A program made the position numbers and the translations under genes. 64,000 bases of DNA from an uncultured Pseudomonadota bacterium (lineage in GTDB: Bacteria; Pseudomonadota; Alphaproteobacteria; JACZXZ01), in assembly GCA_963749075.1 (NCBI GenBank), contig CAVVLJ010000017.1:416001-480000 (forward strand). The letters are read 5' to 3'. Numbering within the stretch: position 1 is the stretch's first letter; each line of letters starts with the position of its first letter. Below are positions 1 to 9,474 of the stretch, piece after piece. Below the pieces are notes generated by a model. That model was not told where the DNA came from, made no database searches, and was given only the letters and a program-made list of their open reading frames with translations.

Positions 1-1
1 G

Positions 2-562
2 ACCCGGCGGCGCATCCTGGATGCGGCCGGCCGGCAGTTTCGCGCGGCCGGGCTGAACGGCGCTGGCGTCGCCGAGATCATGGCGGCGGCCGGCTTGACC
101 CATGGCGGCTTCTACGCCCACTTCGCCGACAAGGCGGCCCTCGCCGCCGCGGCGCTCGAGGCCGCACTCGAGGAGAACCGCGTCGTCTGGCTCGCCGGGC
201 TGGGCGGCCTCTCCCAGGCGGACGCCTATCGCCGCATCGCCGGCCGCTACCTCTCGCCGGCGCACCGCGACAACCCCGCCGAAGGCTGCGCCATGGCGGC
301 ACTCGCGAGCGAGCTCGCACGGCCGGGCGGGAGCAGCCTGCGCGCCGTCTTCACGGCGGCCTTTGCCGAGACCCTGCGGGCGCTCGAGCCCTTCATGCCG
401 GCGGGCGAACGCCTGCGACCGCGCGAGCGCGCGCTCGCCACCGCGGCCTTAGCACTCGGCGGCCTGCTGCTCGCCCGCATAGTCGACGACGAAACGCTCT
501 CGAACGAGGTGCTGCTCGCCTGCCGCCGCGCGGCTCTCGCCGCACTCGGGCCGCATGGCTGA
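2..562 (+). CDS. TetR/AcrR family transcriptional regulator (5' truncated by window edge)
   Basis: Frame is open from base 2: TRRRILDAAGRQFRAAGLNGAGVAEIMAAAGLTHGGFYAHF is a classic TetR HTH; C-terminal YLSPAHRDNPAEGC fits a TetR subfamily. Confidence 0.9.
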   Translation, partial: TRRRILDAAGRQFRAAGLNGAGVAEIMAAAGLTHGGFYAHFADKAALAAAALEAALEENRVVWLAGLGGLSQADAYRRIAGRYLSPAHRDNPAEGCAMAALASELARPGGSSLRAVFTAAFAETLRALEPFMPAGERLRPRERALATAALALGGLLLARIVDDETLSNEVLLACRRAALAALGPHG

Positions 563-641
563 GCTACCGCGCCGGCCGCGAAGGCGCTAAGCTCGCCGCT
601 GGCGGCACGGCCAAAAAGACCACAGCGGGAGGGAGCGCCCG

Positions 642-1115
642 ATGACGGCGGCGGCAGTCGACTTCGATCTCGAGCAGATCATGGCCTTCATTCCGCACCG
701 CTATCCGTTCCTGCTCATCGACCGGGTCGTCAATGCCGTTGCCGACAAGGGCGGCGTCGGCATCAAGACGGTCACGGTCGACGAGCCCTATTTCCGCGGG
801 CTGCCCTTGCAGCAGCTCGCCATGCCCGGCATGCTCATCGTCGAGGCCCTGACCCAGACCGCGGCGGTCGTGGCCATCCACACCCTCGGCAGCGCGGTTG
901 CGGGAAAATTCATGTATCTCATGGGGCTGCACGGGGTGCGCTTCCGCCGCCTGGTGCGGCCGGGCGACGTGCTCTTCCTCCACATCGCCAAGCTGCGCTC
1001 CCACGGCCCCTTCTCGAAGCTTCGCGGCGAGGCCAAGGTCGGCGGCAATCTGGTGGCGGAGGCGACGCTCACGGCTACGATCCTCGAGGCCGAAGCCGCC
1101 TTCCGGACGCCGTAG
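642..1115 (+). CDS. FabZ-like hotdog-fold 3-hydroxyacyl-ACP dehydratase homolog with degenerate active site
   Basis: IPHRYPFLLIDRV, MPGMLIVEAL and VRFRRLVRPGD motifs; the canonical GHFP reads GLPL. Confidence 0.8.
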   Translation: MTAAAVDFDLEQIMAFIPHRYPFLLIDRVVNAVADKGGVGIKTVTVDEPYFRGLPLQQLAMPGMLIVEALTQTAAVVAIHTLGSAVAGKFMYLMGLHGVRFRRLVRPGDVLFLHIAKLRSHGPFSKLRGEAKVGGNLVAEATLTATILEAEAAFRTP

Positions 1116-1147
1116 CGCCGCGCGGCTCGCCGGCCAGGTCCGCCGCC

Positions 1148-2041
1148 ATGACCGAACTCGAAATCCCGGCCGTCGACCCGTACCTGCGCAGCCGCGTCGA
1201 CGTGCTCGACGCCCAGATGGAGTTCATCGACGCAGGCCGCGGCGACGCCATCGTCTTCCTCCACGGCAACCCGACCTCCTCCTATCTCTGGCGCAACGTC
1301 ATCCCGCGCACGGCCGGACTCGGGCGGGCGCTCGCCCCCGACCTCGTCGGCATGGGCCGCTCGAGCCGCGCGCCCGGGGGCAGCTACCGCTTCGCCGACC
1401 ACGCGCGCTATCTCGACGCCTGGTTCGAGGCGGCGGGCGTGGGCGACCGCGTCGTCATCGTCGGCCACGACTGGGGCGGCGCCCTCGGCTTCCATTGGGC
1501 GAGGCGGCACGCCGCGCGCGTCCAGGGCATCGTCTATATGGAGACCATCGTGCGCCCGCTCCTCATGTCCGAATGGCCGGAGAAGGCGCGCGGCATCTTT
1601 GCGGCCATGCGCTCGCGCGCGGGCGAGGATCTGGTGCTGCAGAAGAACGTCTTCGTCGAGCGCATCCTGCCGGCGAGCGTGCTGCGCGGGCTCGGCGAGG
1701 CCGAGATGGCGGTCTATCGCGCGCGCTTCCGCGAGCCGGGCGAGAGCCGCCGCCCGACCCTCGCGTGGCCGCGCGAGATCCCGCTCGACGGCAAGCCCGC
1801 GGACGTGGTCGAGACCGTCGAGGCCTATGGCGCGTGGCTCAAAAAGAGCCCCGTGCCCAAGCTCTTCGTCAATGCCGAGCCGGGCTCGATCCTCACGGGC
1901 GCCCAGCGCGAGTTCTGCCGGCGCTGGCCGAACCAGCGCGAGGCGACCGTCGCGGGGAGCCATTTCATCCAGGAGGATTCGCCGCACGAGATCGGCGCCG
2001 CGATCGCCGGCTTCGTGCGCGGACTCCGCGGCAGCGCCTGA
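1148..2041 (+). CDS. Haloalkane dehalogenase (DhaA/LinB-like alpha/beta hydrolase)
   Basis: FLHGNPTSSYLWRN, nucleophile motif GHDWGGALGF, YMETIV acid residue, TLAWPREIP, catalytic His in GSHFIQEDSPHEIG. Confidence 0.9.
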   Translation: MTELEIPAVDPYLRSRVDVLDAQMEFIDAGRGDAIVFLHGNPTSSYLWRNVIPRTAGLGRALAPDLVGMGRSSRAPGGSYRFADHARYLDAWFEAAGVGDRVVIVGHDWGGALGFHWARRHAARVQGIVYMETIVRPLLMSEWPEKARGIFAAMRSRAGEDLVLQKNVFVERILPASVLRGLGEAEMAVYRARFREPGESRRPTLAWPREIPLDGKPADVVETVEAYGAWLKKSPVPKLFVNAEPGSILTGAQREFCRRWPNQREATVAGSHFIQEDSPHEIGAAIAGFVRGLRGSA

Positions 2042-2055
2042 GCGGGGAGAGCGAC

Positions 2056-2853
2056 ATGTCGGACACCGTTCTGGTCACGCGCAAGGACGCAGTCGCCACG
2101 GTCACGCTCAACCGGCCCGCCGCCTTGAACGCCCTCGACGACGCCATGATGCCCGCCTTGGAGGAGACCTTCACGGCGCTCGAGGCCAACGCCGCGGTGC
2201 GCGCCGTCATCGTGCGCGGGGCGGGCGAGCACTTCATGGCCGGCGGCGACGTGAAGCTCTTCCACCGCGGCCTCGCGCTGCCGCCCGCCGAGCGCCGCCG
2301 CCGCCTCGAGAGCTTCGTGCACAAGCTGCACCCCACGGTCATCGCCATCCGGCGCATGCCGCAGCCGGTCATCGCCAGCGTGCGCGGGGCTGCCGCCGGC
2401 TTCGGCCTGAGCCTCGTCATGGCCTGCGATCTGGCGGTCTGTGCCGAGGACGCCTATTTCACCGTCGCCTATTCGCTCATCGGCACCAGCCCCGACGGCT
2501 CGGGCACCTATCACCTGCCGCGCATCGTCGGCATGAAGAAGGCGATGGAGCTCGCCCTCCTCGCCGAGCGCTTCGATGCGCGCGCGGCGCTCGCACTCGG
2601 CTTCGTCAACAAGGTGGTGCCTGCGGGCGAGCTCGAGGCCGCGAGCGAGGCGCTCGCCGCACGCCTCGCCCAAGGACCCACGCGCGCCTACGGCAACACC
2701 AAGCGCCTCTTGAACCAGTCGCTCGCCAACACGCTTGCCGCCCAGCTCCAGGCCGAGGCGGAGAGCTTCGCCGACTGCGCCGCGAGCGAGGACTTCGCCG
2801 AGGGTGTCAACGCCTTCGTCGAGAAGCGCAAACCCCGCTTCAGCGGCACCTGA
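2056..2853 (+). CDS. Enoyl-CoA hydratase/isomerase (crotonase family, PaaG-like)
   Basis: TVTLNRPAALNAL, FMAGGDV, PVIASVRGAAAGFGLSL, C-terminal SEDFAEGVNAFVEKRKPRF; GGGGAG RBS before ATG 2056. Confidence 0.9.
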   Translation: MSDTVLVTRKDAVATVTLNRPAALNALDDAMMPALEETFTALEANAAVRAVIVRGAGEHFMAGGDVKLFHRGLALPPAERRRRLESFVHKLHPTVIAIRRMPQPVIASVRGAAAGFGLSLVMACDLAVCAEDAYFTVAYSLIGTSPDGSGTYHLPRIVGMKKAMELALLAERFDARAALALGFVNKVVPAGELEAASEALAARLAQGPTRAYGNTKRLLNQSLANTLAAQLQAEAESFADCAASEDFAEGVNAFVEKRKPRFSGT

Positions 2854-2870
2854 GCCGGGAAGGACGAGCC

Positions 2871-3689
2871 ATGGCAAGTCTCGCGGGCAAGACGCTCTTC
2901 GTGACCGGCGGCAGCCGGGGCATCGGCCTGGCGATCGCCCTGCGCGCGGCAGCCGACGGCGCCCGCATCGCGATTGCGGCCAAGACCGCCGAGCCGCATC
3001 CCAACCTCGAGGGCACCATCCACACGGCGGCCAGGGAGATCGAGGCGGCGGGCGGCGCCTGCCTGCCGCTCCAGCTCGACATCCGCGACGAGGCGGGCGT
3101 CTTCGCCGCGGTCGAGGAGACCGCCAAGGCCTTCGGCGGCATCGACATCCTGATCAACAACGCGAGCGCCATCAGCCTCACGGGCACGCTCGAGACGCCG
3201 ATCAAGCGCTACGACCTGATGAACGCCGTCAACGCGCGCGGCACCTACCTCTGCTCGCAGGCCTGCCTCCCCTATCTCAAGCGCGCCGCCAATCCGCACA
3301 TCCTCACGCTCTCTCCGCCGCTCAGTCTGGAGGCGCGCTGGTTCGCCCCCCACGTCGCCTACACCATCGCGAAATACGGCATGAGCATGTGCGTGCTCGG
3401 CATGGCCGAGGAGTTCCGGCGCGAGCGCGTCGCGGTCAACGCCCTCTGGCCGCGCACGGTGATCGCGACGGCAGCACTCCGGCTCATCCCCGGCGCCGAC
3501 CCGCGGAAGGGCCGCGTGCCGCGCATCGTGGCGGATGCGGCGCACGCCATCCTGGTGCGCGAGAGTGCCGGCTGCACCGGCAATTTCTTCATCGACGAGG
3601 AGGTGCTGCGCGCCGAGGGAGTTGCCGATTTCGCCCCTTACGCGGTGGCGCCCGGCGAGCCGCTCCTTCGCGATCTCTTCCTCTCCTGA
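2871..3689 (+). CDS. Short-chain dehydrogenase/reductase (HSDL2-like)
   Basis: TGGSRGIG, AAKTAEPHPNLEGTIHTAA, NNASAI, YTIAKYGMS, NALWPRTVIATAA, TGNFFIDEEVL. Confidence 0.9.
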   Translation: MASLAGKTLFVTGGSRGIGLAIALRAAADGARIAIAAKTAEPHPNLEGTIHTAAREIEAAGGACLPLQLDIRDEAGVFAAVEETAKAFGGIDILINNASAISLTGTLETPIKRYDLMNAVNARGTYLCSQACLPYLKRAANPHILTLSPPLSLEARWFAPHVAYTIAKYGMSMCVLGMAEEFRRERVAVNALWPRTVIATAALRLIPGADPRKGRVPRIVADAAHAILVRESAGCTGNFFIDEEVLRAEGVADFAPYAVAPGEPLLRDLFLS

Positions 3690-3697
3690 GGTGCGCC

Positions 3698-4472
3698 GTG
3701 CCCGAGCTCGACATCGCCTCGGCCGTGGCCGCGTTCTGGCAAGAGCACGAGCGCGGCGTCCACTTCCCGCCGGCGTGGAGCGGCAAGCTCTCGCTCGACG
3801 AGGCGTACCAGATCCAGCTCGGGCTCGTGACGCTGCGCGAGGCCGCGGGCGAGCGCCGCATCGGCTGGAAGGTCGGCCTCACCTCCGCCGCCATCCAGCA
3901 GCAGTTCCGCGTGCACGAGCCGGTTTTCGGCTGCCTCCTCGAGGAGGGGCTCAAAGCGAGCGGCGAGCGCTTCCGCCACTCGGAGCTGATCCAGCCCGGC
4001 TTCGAGACCGAGAATCTGCGTGCGCCTTGCGCGCGATCTCGCCGGCTCCGCGGTCGCCGCCGCGGAGGCGGCCGCCGCGGTCGACGTCTGCTATCCCGCC
4101 TTCGAGATCATCGAGACGCGGGGCGACCTCACCAAGGAACTCGCCTTGGCGCTGGCCAACAACGCCCAGCAGAAGGCCTTCGTGCTCGGCAAGGGCGTCC
4201 GCTTCTCGGCCGGGCTCGACGTTGCCTCGATCGCTGTCTCGGTCGAGATGAACGGCAAGGAGGTCGCGACCGGCAGGGCGGATTCGGTGCTCGGCAACCC
4301 GCTCAACTCGCTCCTCTTCCTCGCCCGCAAGCTCAGCCAGTTCGGCCGCAGCCTCAAGGCCGGAGAGCTCGTCATGACCGGCTCGCTCACGCGCCAGTTT
4401 GCCCTCGCCAAGGGCGAGCGCATCCGCGCCCGCTTCGACCGCCTGGGCGAGGTCGAGGCGAGCTTCGACTAG
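3698..4472 (+). CDS. 2-keto-4-pentenoate hydratase / FAH-family protein (apparent +1 frameshift at ~4013)
   Basis: N-half (AYQIQ, IGWKVGLTS, EPVFGCL) and C-half (PAFEIIETR, VLGNPLNSL, GELVMTGS) are in different frames; removing one A from GAGAATC restores ETEICVRL. Confidence 0.8.
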
Positions 4473-4591
4473 CGCGTGGCCGGCCCAGGGCGGCTTTTTC
4501 CCTTGCTTTGCGCGGGCATGGGCCGTAAGAGGCGCGCGGCGCAAGCATCGCCTCTCGGCAAGGGGGGCCAGGAGCGGAGGGCGGTGGAACC

Positions 4592-5437
4592 ATGGAGTGG
4601 TACAAGGAGACCCTCTACAAGGAGATCAGCCAGAGCTTCAAGATCGCGCGGGTCATCCATCGCGAGAAGACCGCTTTCCAGGACCTGGTGATCTTCGAGA
4701 ACGGGCTGATGGGCCGCGTGCTGGCGCTCGACGGCGTCATCCAGCTGAGCGAGGGCGACGAGTTCTTCTATCACGAGATGATGGGTCACGTGCCGCTCAT
4801 CGCCCACGGCAGTGCCAAGCGCGTGCTCATCGTCGGCGGCGGCGACGGCGGCCTCTTGCGCGAGGTGCTCAAGCACAAGGGCGTCGAGCGCGTCGTCATG
4901 GTCGAGATCGACCGCTACGTCATCGAGCTCTCGAGGAAATACCTGCCGTCCTTGCCCGGCAAGGCCTTCGAGGATCCGCGCGGCGAGATCGTCATTGCCG
5001 ACGGCGCCAAGTTCGTCGCCGAGACCGCCGAGCGCTTCGACGTCATCATGGTCGATTCCACGGACCCCATCGGCCCGGGCGAAGTGCTCTTCACCTCGGA
5101 GTTCTACGCCAACTGCAAGCGCTGCATGAAGCCGGGCGGCGTCATGGTGACCCAGAACGGCGTGCCCTTCTTCCAGCCCGACGAGCTCTCGACCACCTGG
5201 CAGCGCCTCAAGCCGATCTTCCCCGACGTGAGCTTCTTCCTCGTGCCGGTGCCGACCTATTACGGCAGCTTCATGACGCTCGGCTGGGCAAGCCTGGACC
5301 AGCACTACCGCCGCCTTGCCGCGGACGAGATCGAGCGCCGCTTCGCCGCCGCCGGGATCGACACCCGCTATTACAACGCGGGCATCCACCAAGCCTCTTT
5401 CCAGCACCCCAATTACATCCGCGCGCAACTCGGCTGA
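4592..5437 (+). CDS. speE: Polyamine aminopropyltransferase (spermidine synthase)
   Basis: LALDGVIQL, DEFFYHEMMGHVP, LIVGGGDGGLLRE, VEID, FDVIMVDSTDPIGPG. Confidence 0.93.
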   Translation: MEWYKETLYKEISQSFKIARVIHREKTAFQDLVIFENGLMGRVLALDGVIQLSEGDEFFYHEMMGHVPLIAHGSAKRVLIVGGGDGGLLREVLKHKGVERVVMVEIDRYVIELSRKYLPSLPGKAFEDPRGEIVIADGAKFVAETAERFDVIMVDSTDPIGPGEVLFTSEFYANCKRCMKPGGVMVTQNGVPFFQPDELSTTWQRLKPIFPDVSFFLVPVPTYYGSFMTLGWASLDQHYRRLAADEIERRFAAAGIDTRYYNAGIHQASFQHPNYIRAQLG

Positions 5438-5487
5438 AGCGGCAAGTACTGGCGCCGCTTCGGCCGAGCCTTCTCGCAGCGTCCAGG

Positions 5488-6056
5488 CTACTTCTTCTTG
5501 ACCTCGATGGTGCGCTCCTGCGCCTTCGCCGCCTTGGTCTTGGGCAGCGCCAGCACGAGCACGCCCTTGGAGAACTCGGCCGAGAATCTTCTCGGCATCC
5601 ACGCTCTCCGGCAGGCGGAAGCTGCGCTGCACGGTGCCGTAGCTGCGCTCGGACAGGTAATAGTCCTTCTTCTTCTCCTCGTGCTCGACCTTCTTCTCGC
5701 CCTTGATGGTGAGGACGCCGTCGCTCAGGGTGACGGCCACGTCCTTCTCGTCCATCCCGGGCATCTCGGCCTCGATGCGAAAGCCCTCGGGCGTCTCCGA
5801 GAACGTCGACCTTCGGTGCGAACGCCGGCGCGGGCGCCGCGAGCGGCTCTGCCACGCGCTTGAAGGGATCGAAGCCGAAGAACGCGCTCGGGAACGACGG
5901 CAGGCCCGGCCAGCCGCGGAAGAAATCGTCGAACACCCGATCGATCTCGTTGCGCAGGCTGCCGAACGGATAGGTCTCGCCGGCTACAGCGGGAAGCGGC
6001 GGCATCACCGCGGTCTTCCCCGTCCTCTCGACCGGCACGCTATTGGTTGCGGCCAT
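5488..6056 (-). CDS. Hsp20/alpha-crystallin small heat-shock protein (two apparent +1 frameshifts at ~5802 and ~5585)
   Basis: Pieces in three frames join to give LRNEIDRVFDDFF...PKVDVSETPEGFRIEAEMPGMDEKDV...LTIKGEKK...ERSYGTVQRSFRLPESVDAEKISAEFSKGVLVLALPK. Confidence 0.85.
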
Positions 6057-6168
6057 GACGATGTCTCCTTGCTTGCATTCTCCGCGCGCCGCCCAACGGC
6101 GCCCGGATTGGCCGCAGCTTGCCACTTCGCGCGTTGCAGCGCCTTGACCTAGATCAAAACGCGCGGCG

Positions 6169-7410
6169 TCAGGCGCTGAGGATGCCGATCACAGCGCCCG
6201 TCATGCAGCTGGCTAAGGTGCCCGAGACGATGGCGCGCGGCCCGAGCGCCACCACCTCGGCGCGGCGCACGGGGGCGAGCGAGCCGAGACCGCCGATCAT
6301 GATGCCGAGGCTGCCGAAATTGGCGAAGCCGCAGAGCGCGAAGGTCAAGATGAGCTTGCTGCGCGCGCCGAGCGCGTCTGCCGGCAGGGCGGCAAGATCG
6401 AGATAGGCGAGGAACTCGTTGAGCACGATCTTGGTGCCGAGGAGGGCGCCGGCCGTGCCCGCCTCGTGCCACGGTACGCCCATGAGCCAGGCGGCGGGCG
6501 CCATGATGATGCCGAGGAGCGCCTGGAGCGTGAGTGGCGCCATGCCGCCCACCGGCAGCAGGCCGAGCAGCTTGTTGACGAGGGCGACGAGCGCCACCAG
6601 CACGATCAGGAGGGCGATGATGTTGACGAGGAGCCGGATGCCGTCGGCAGTGCCCCGCGCGATGGCGTCGATCGCGCTCTGGTACTCGGCGGGCGGCGTT
6701 ACCTCGCCCGCGGTCGGCTCGCCTGACTCCGGCAGCATGAGGCGGGCGACCGTGATGCTCGCGGGAGCCGAGATGAGCGAGGCGGTCAAGAGCTGGCCGA
6801 TGGGATCGGGCACCACGCCCTTGAGCACCGTGGCATAGACCACCATCACGGTGCCCGCGATCATCGCCATGCCGCAGCTCATCATGGTGAAGAGCTCGCT
6901 GCGCGTGAGCTGTGCCAGATAGGGGCGGATGAGGAGCGGCGCCTCGATCATGCCGAGGAAGACGTTCGAGGAGACGACGACGCCGAGGGCACCTCCGAGG
7001 CGAAGCGTCTTCCTGAGCGCCCAGGCGAAGCCGCGCACCACGAACGGCAGGATGCGCCAATAGAAAAGGAGTGCGGAAAGCGCGCTGATGACGAGGACCA
7101 GCGGCAGGGCCTGGAAGGCGAGGATGAAGGCCGCCCCGGGACGCGTCTCGGCGAACGGCAGCGGCGCTCCGCCGAGATAGCCGAAGACGAAGCCGGTGCC
7201 CGCCGCGGTCGCCTCCTGGAGCGCGCTCACCGCGCGATTGAGCAGGAGGAAAGCGCTCTGCGAGGCCGGCAGCTTGACCAGGAGGACCGCGACGGCGAGC
7301 TGGACCGCGAGCCCGGCGGCAGTTCCCTTGAGCGAAATCCGCCGCCGGTTCTCGCTCAACAGCCAGGCGATGATCGTGAAGGACGCGAGCCCCAAAGCAC
7401 TCTGTGCCAT
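6169..7410 (-). CDS. NupC/CNT-family concentrative nucleoside transporter
   Basis: GTGFVFG, NVFLGMIEAPLLIRPYL, GTKIVLNEFLAY, FALCGFANFGSLGIMIGGL; multi-TM. Confidence 0.92.
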   Translation of the reverse strand: MAQSALGLASFTIIAWLLSENRRRISLKGTAAGLAVQLAVAVLLVKLPASQSAFLLLNRAVSALQEATAAGTGFVFGYLGGAPLPFAETRPGAAFILAFQALPLVLVISALSALLFYWRILPFVVRGFAWALRKTLRLGGALGVVVSSNVFLGMIEAPLLIRPYLAQLTRSELFTMMSCGMAMIAGTVMVVYATVLKGVVPDPIGQLLTASLISAPASITVARLMLPESGEPTAGEVTPPAEYQSAIDAIARGTADGIRLLVNIIALLIVLVALVALVNKLLGLLPVGGMAPLTLQALLGIIMAPAAWLMGVPWHEAGTAGALLGTKIVLNEFLAYLDLAALPADALGARSKLILTFALCGFANFGSLGIMIGGLGSLAPVRRAEVVALGPRAIVSGTLASCMTGAVIGILSA

Positions 7411-7520
7411 ATGCCCCCCGCTCGCCCTCCATCATGGCCGCTCGCCGCCGCCTTGCAAAGGGAGTGGTGCGCATTGCTTTTCCCGCGCGATGCCGCATCA
7501 TGGGCGGCGGGGAGGAAGGC

Positions 7521-8255
7521 ATGAGCAGCTCCGAGCAGCAAGGCGCGCATCGCCCGAAGGGTGCGGTGGTGACGGGTGCCGCGGGCGACTTGGGCCGCGC
7601 CCTTGCCGAGAGCCTGATTGCCGACGACTACCGCGTCTACGGCGCAGACACGGCGGCACTCGAAGAGCGGCCGGGCCTCGTGCCGGTCAAGCTCGACGTG
7701 ACCGAGCGGGCCGCCGTCTTCGCCCTTGCCGAGCGCGCCGCCGAGGAGACCGCACTCTGGGCCTGGATCAACGCCGCCGGCATCGTCGCGGTGCAGCCGG
7801 TCGAGGAGGCCGACCCGGTGCTTTGGCAGCGCATCCTCGCGGTCAATCTCACCGGCACCTTCAACGGCTGCGCCGCCGCACTCTCCGTGCTCAAGCTCAC
7901 CGGCGGGCGCATCGTCAACATTGGCTCGATCTCGGGCCAGGTGGGCGGCGTCGGCCCGCACCCGGCCTACGGCGCCTCTAAGGCGGGCGTGCACGCCCTC
8001 ACCAAGTCCTATGCGCTCGCCGGTGCGCGCTACGGCATCACCTGCAACGCCGTGGCGCCCTTCGTGCTCGACGGCCGCATGGGGGAAAGCTTCAGCGCCG
8101 CTCAGCTCGAGAAGCTCGTGCGCAGCCATCCCTTGCGCCGCCTCGGCCGCATGGCGGAGGTGGTGCACGCCATCCGCTATCTCCTCGACCCCGCGGCCGG
8201 CTTCACCAACGGCATCGTGCTCCCGGTCAACGGCGGCGCGCTCATGACCGGTTGA
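7521..8255 (+). CDS. SDR family oxidoreductase
   Basis: VTGAAGDLG, INAAGI, IVNIGSISG, YGASKAG, CNAVAP; GGAGG RBS before ATG 7521. Confidence 0.85.
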   Translation: MSSSEQQGAHRPKGAVVTGAAGDLGRALAESLIADDYRVYGADTAALEERPGLVPVKLDVTERAAVFALAERAAEETALWAWINAAGIVAVQPVEEADPVLWQRILAVNLTGTFNGCAAALSVLKLTGGRIVNIGSISGQVGGVGPHPAYGASKAGVHALTKSYALAGARYGITCNAVAPFVLDGRMGESFSAAQLEKLVRSHPLRRLGRMAEVVHAIRYLLDPAAGFTNGIVLPVNGGALMTG

Positions 8256-8261
8256 GCGGCC

Positions 8262-8309
8262 CCGGCGGGCGCTTCACGCCACGAACCGGCGGCCGCTTCA
8301 CGCCACGAA
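8262..8309. repeat. 24-bp tandem direct repeat (2 copies, 1 mismatch) duplicating the uppP 3' end
   Basis: CCGGCGGGCGCTTCACGCCACGAA (8262-8285) followed by CCGGCGGCCGCTTCACGCCACGAA (8286-8309). Confidence 0.85.
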
Positions 8310-9137
8310 GAGGAGCAGCGCCAGTGCGACCAGGCCGGCGCCGGCGCAATAATAGGCGAAGGGGTCGAGCGCCTCGAAGTCGTGCTTGCCGAAATAGCGC
8401 ATGAGGAAGGCCGTGCTCAGATAGGCGGTGACGCCGGCGGCGACACCCGCCATGAGCGACACGGGCCCGAGGCCGCCTGCAGCAGGCCCGGCGTGGAGGA
8501 GCTTCGGCACTTCCAGCACTCCGGCGCCCGCGATGATCGGGGTCGCGAGGAGGAAGGAGAAGTGCGCCGCCTCCTTGTGATGGAGCCCGGCTAGTAGCCC
8601 GCCCACCATCGTGGCCCCCGAGCGCGAGATGCCGGGAATGAGGGCAAGGCATTGCCACGCCCCGATCATGAGAGCCTTCTTCCAATCGAGCGCCGCGAGC
8701 GGCGCCCCGCCTCGCCGCTTGAGCCGCTCGGCGGCGAAGAGCACGGCACCATTCACGACGAGAAAGGCGGCCGCCACGACCGGCGCGCCGAAGAGCGCCC
8801 GGAGCGGCTTCTCGAGTACTAAGCCGACGATCACCGCAGGAATGGTGCCCACCACGATGAGGCGGAGAAGCCGCAAGTTCGCAGCCCGGCGCTCGCCTGA
8901 GCCGAGGCCGAGCACGGCGCGTGCTATGTCGGTCCAGTCGCGCCAGAAATAGATAAGAAGCGCTGACGCCGTGCCGAGATGCAGCACCACGAGAAAGGGG
9001 AGGAACGCCTCGCCGCGCTGATCGAGCTGCCAGCCGAGGAGCTTGGGCAGGATCACGGCGTGCCCGAGGCTGCTCACCGGAAAGAGCTCGGTGACGCCCT
9101 GGAGAACGGCGAAGAGGATGGCTTGCAGCGCGGACAC
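8298..9137 (-). CDS. uppP: Undecaprenyl-diphosphate phosphatase
   Basis: LQGVTELFPVSSLGH, VVLHLGT, QCLALIPGISRSGAT, AAHFSFLLATP. Confidence 0.95.
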   Translation of the reverse strand: MSALQAILFAVLQGVTELFPVSSLGHAVILPKLLGWQLDQRGEAFLPFLVVLHLGTASALLIYFWRDWTDIARAVLGLGSGERRAANLRLLRLIVVGTIPAVIVGLVLEKPLRALFGAPVVAAAFLVVNGAVLFAAERLKRRGGAPLAALDWKKALMIGAWQCLALIPGISRSGATMVGGLLAGLHHKEAAHFSFLLATPIIAGAGVLEVPKLLHAGPAAGGLGPVSLMAGVAAGVTAYLSTAFLMRYFGKHDFEALDPFAYYCAGAGLVALALLLFVA

Positions 9138-9205
9138 GCGGTACCTCGGGTTGCGACGCGCCGCTTGTAGCGATCAGGAAGGCCGCTGGCAAGCCGCAGG
9201 CAGTG

Positions 9206-9319
9206 CTAGCGCTTCTCCTCGTGGCGCGCCTCGACGACGGTGACGGCGGCGAGGCTCACGATGAAAACCACGAAGGCGATGACGGTGAGGGCGAGATAGA
9301 GCTCTTGGCCGAGCGGCAT
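9206..9319 (-). CDS. Small 37-aa single-pass membrane protein (not in the ORF track)
   Basis: Hand translation MPLGQELYLALTVIAFVVFIVSLAAVTVVEARHEEKR*; GGGAGA RBS upstream; host-like GC3-rich codons. Confidence 0.65.
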   Translation of the reverse strand: MPLGQELYLALTVIAFVVFIVSLAAVTVVEARHEEKR

Positions 9320-9474
9320 GGCGGTCTCCCTTGGACGTTCGAGCGCGGTCCTTCGCGGCCTCCCTCGCACGCCTCGCAGGCCGGGTCATTGATCTCGATC
9401 AAAAAATGCCGCTCCGGCGCCGCGCCTTGCGCTACATTGCGAGCGCGGCCCGAGGCGGAACATGGTGGCGGCGA

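Noticed and set aside
898-3689. 651-aa and 696-aa ORFs suggesting long N-terminal extensions of the crotonase and SDR
   Set aside because: The Arg/Pro-rich extensions overlap real upstream genes in other frames; true starts with RBS are at 2056 and 2871.
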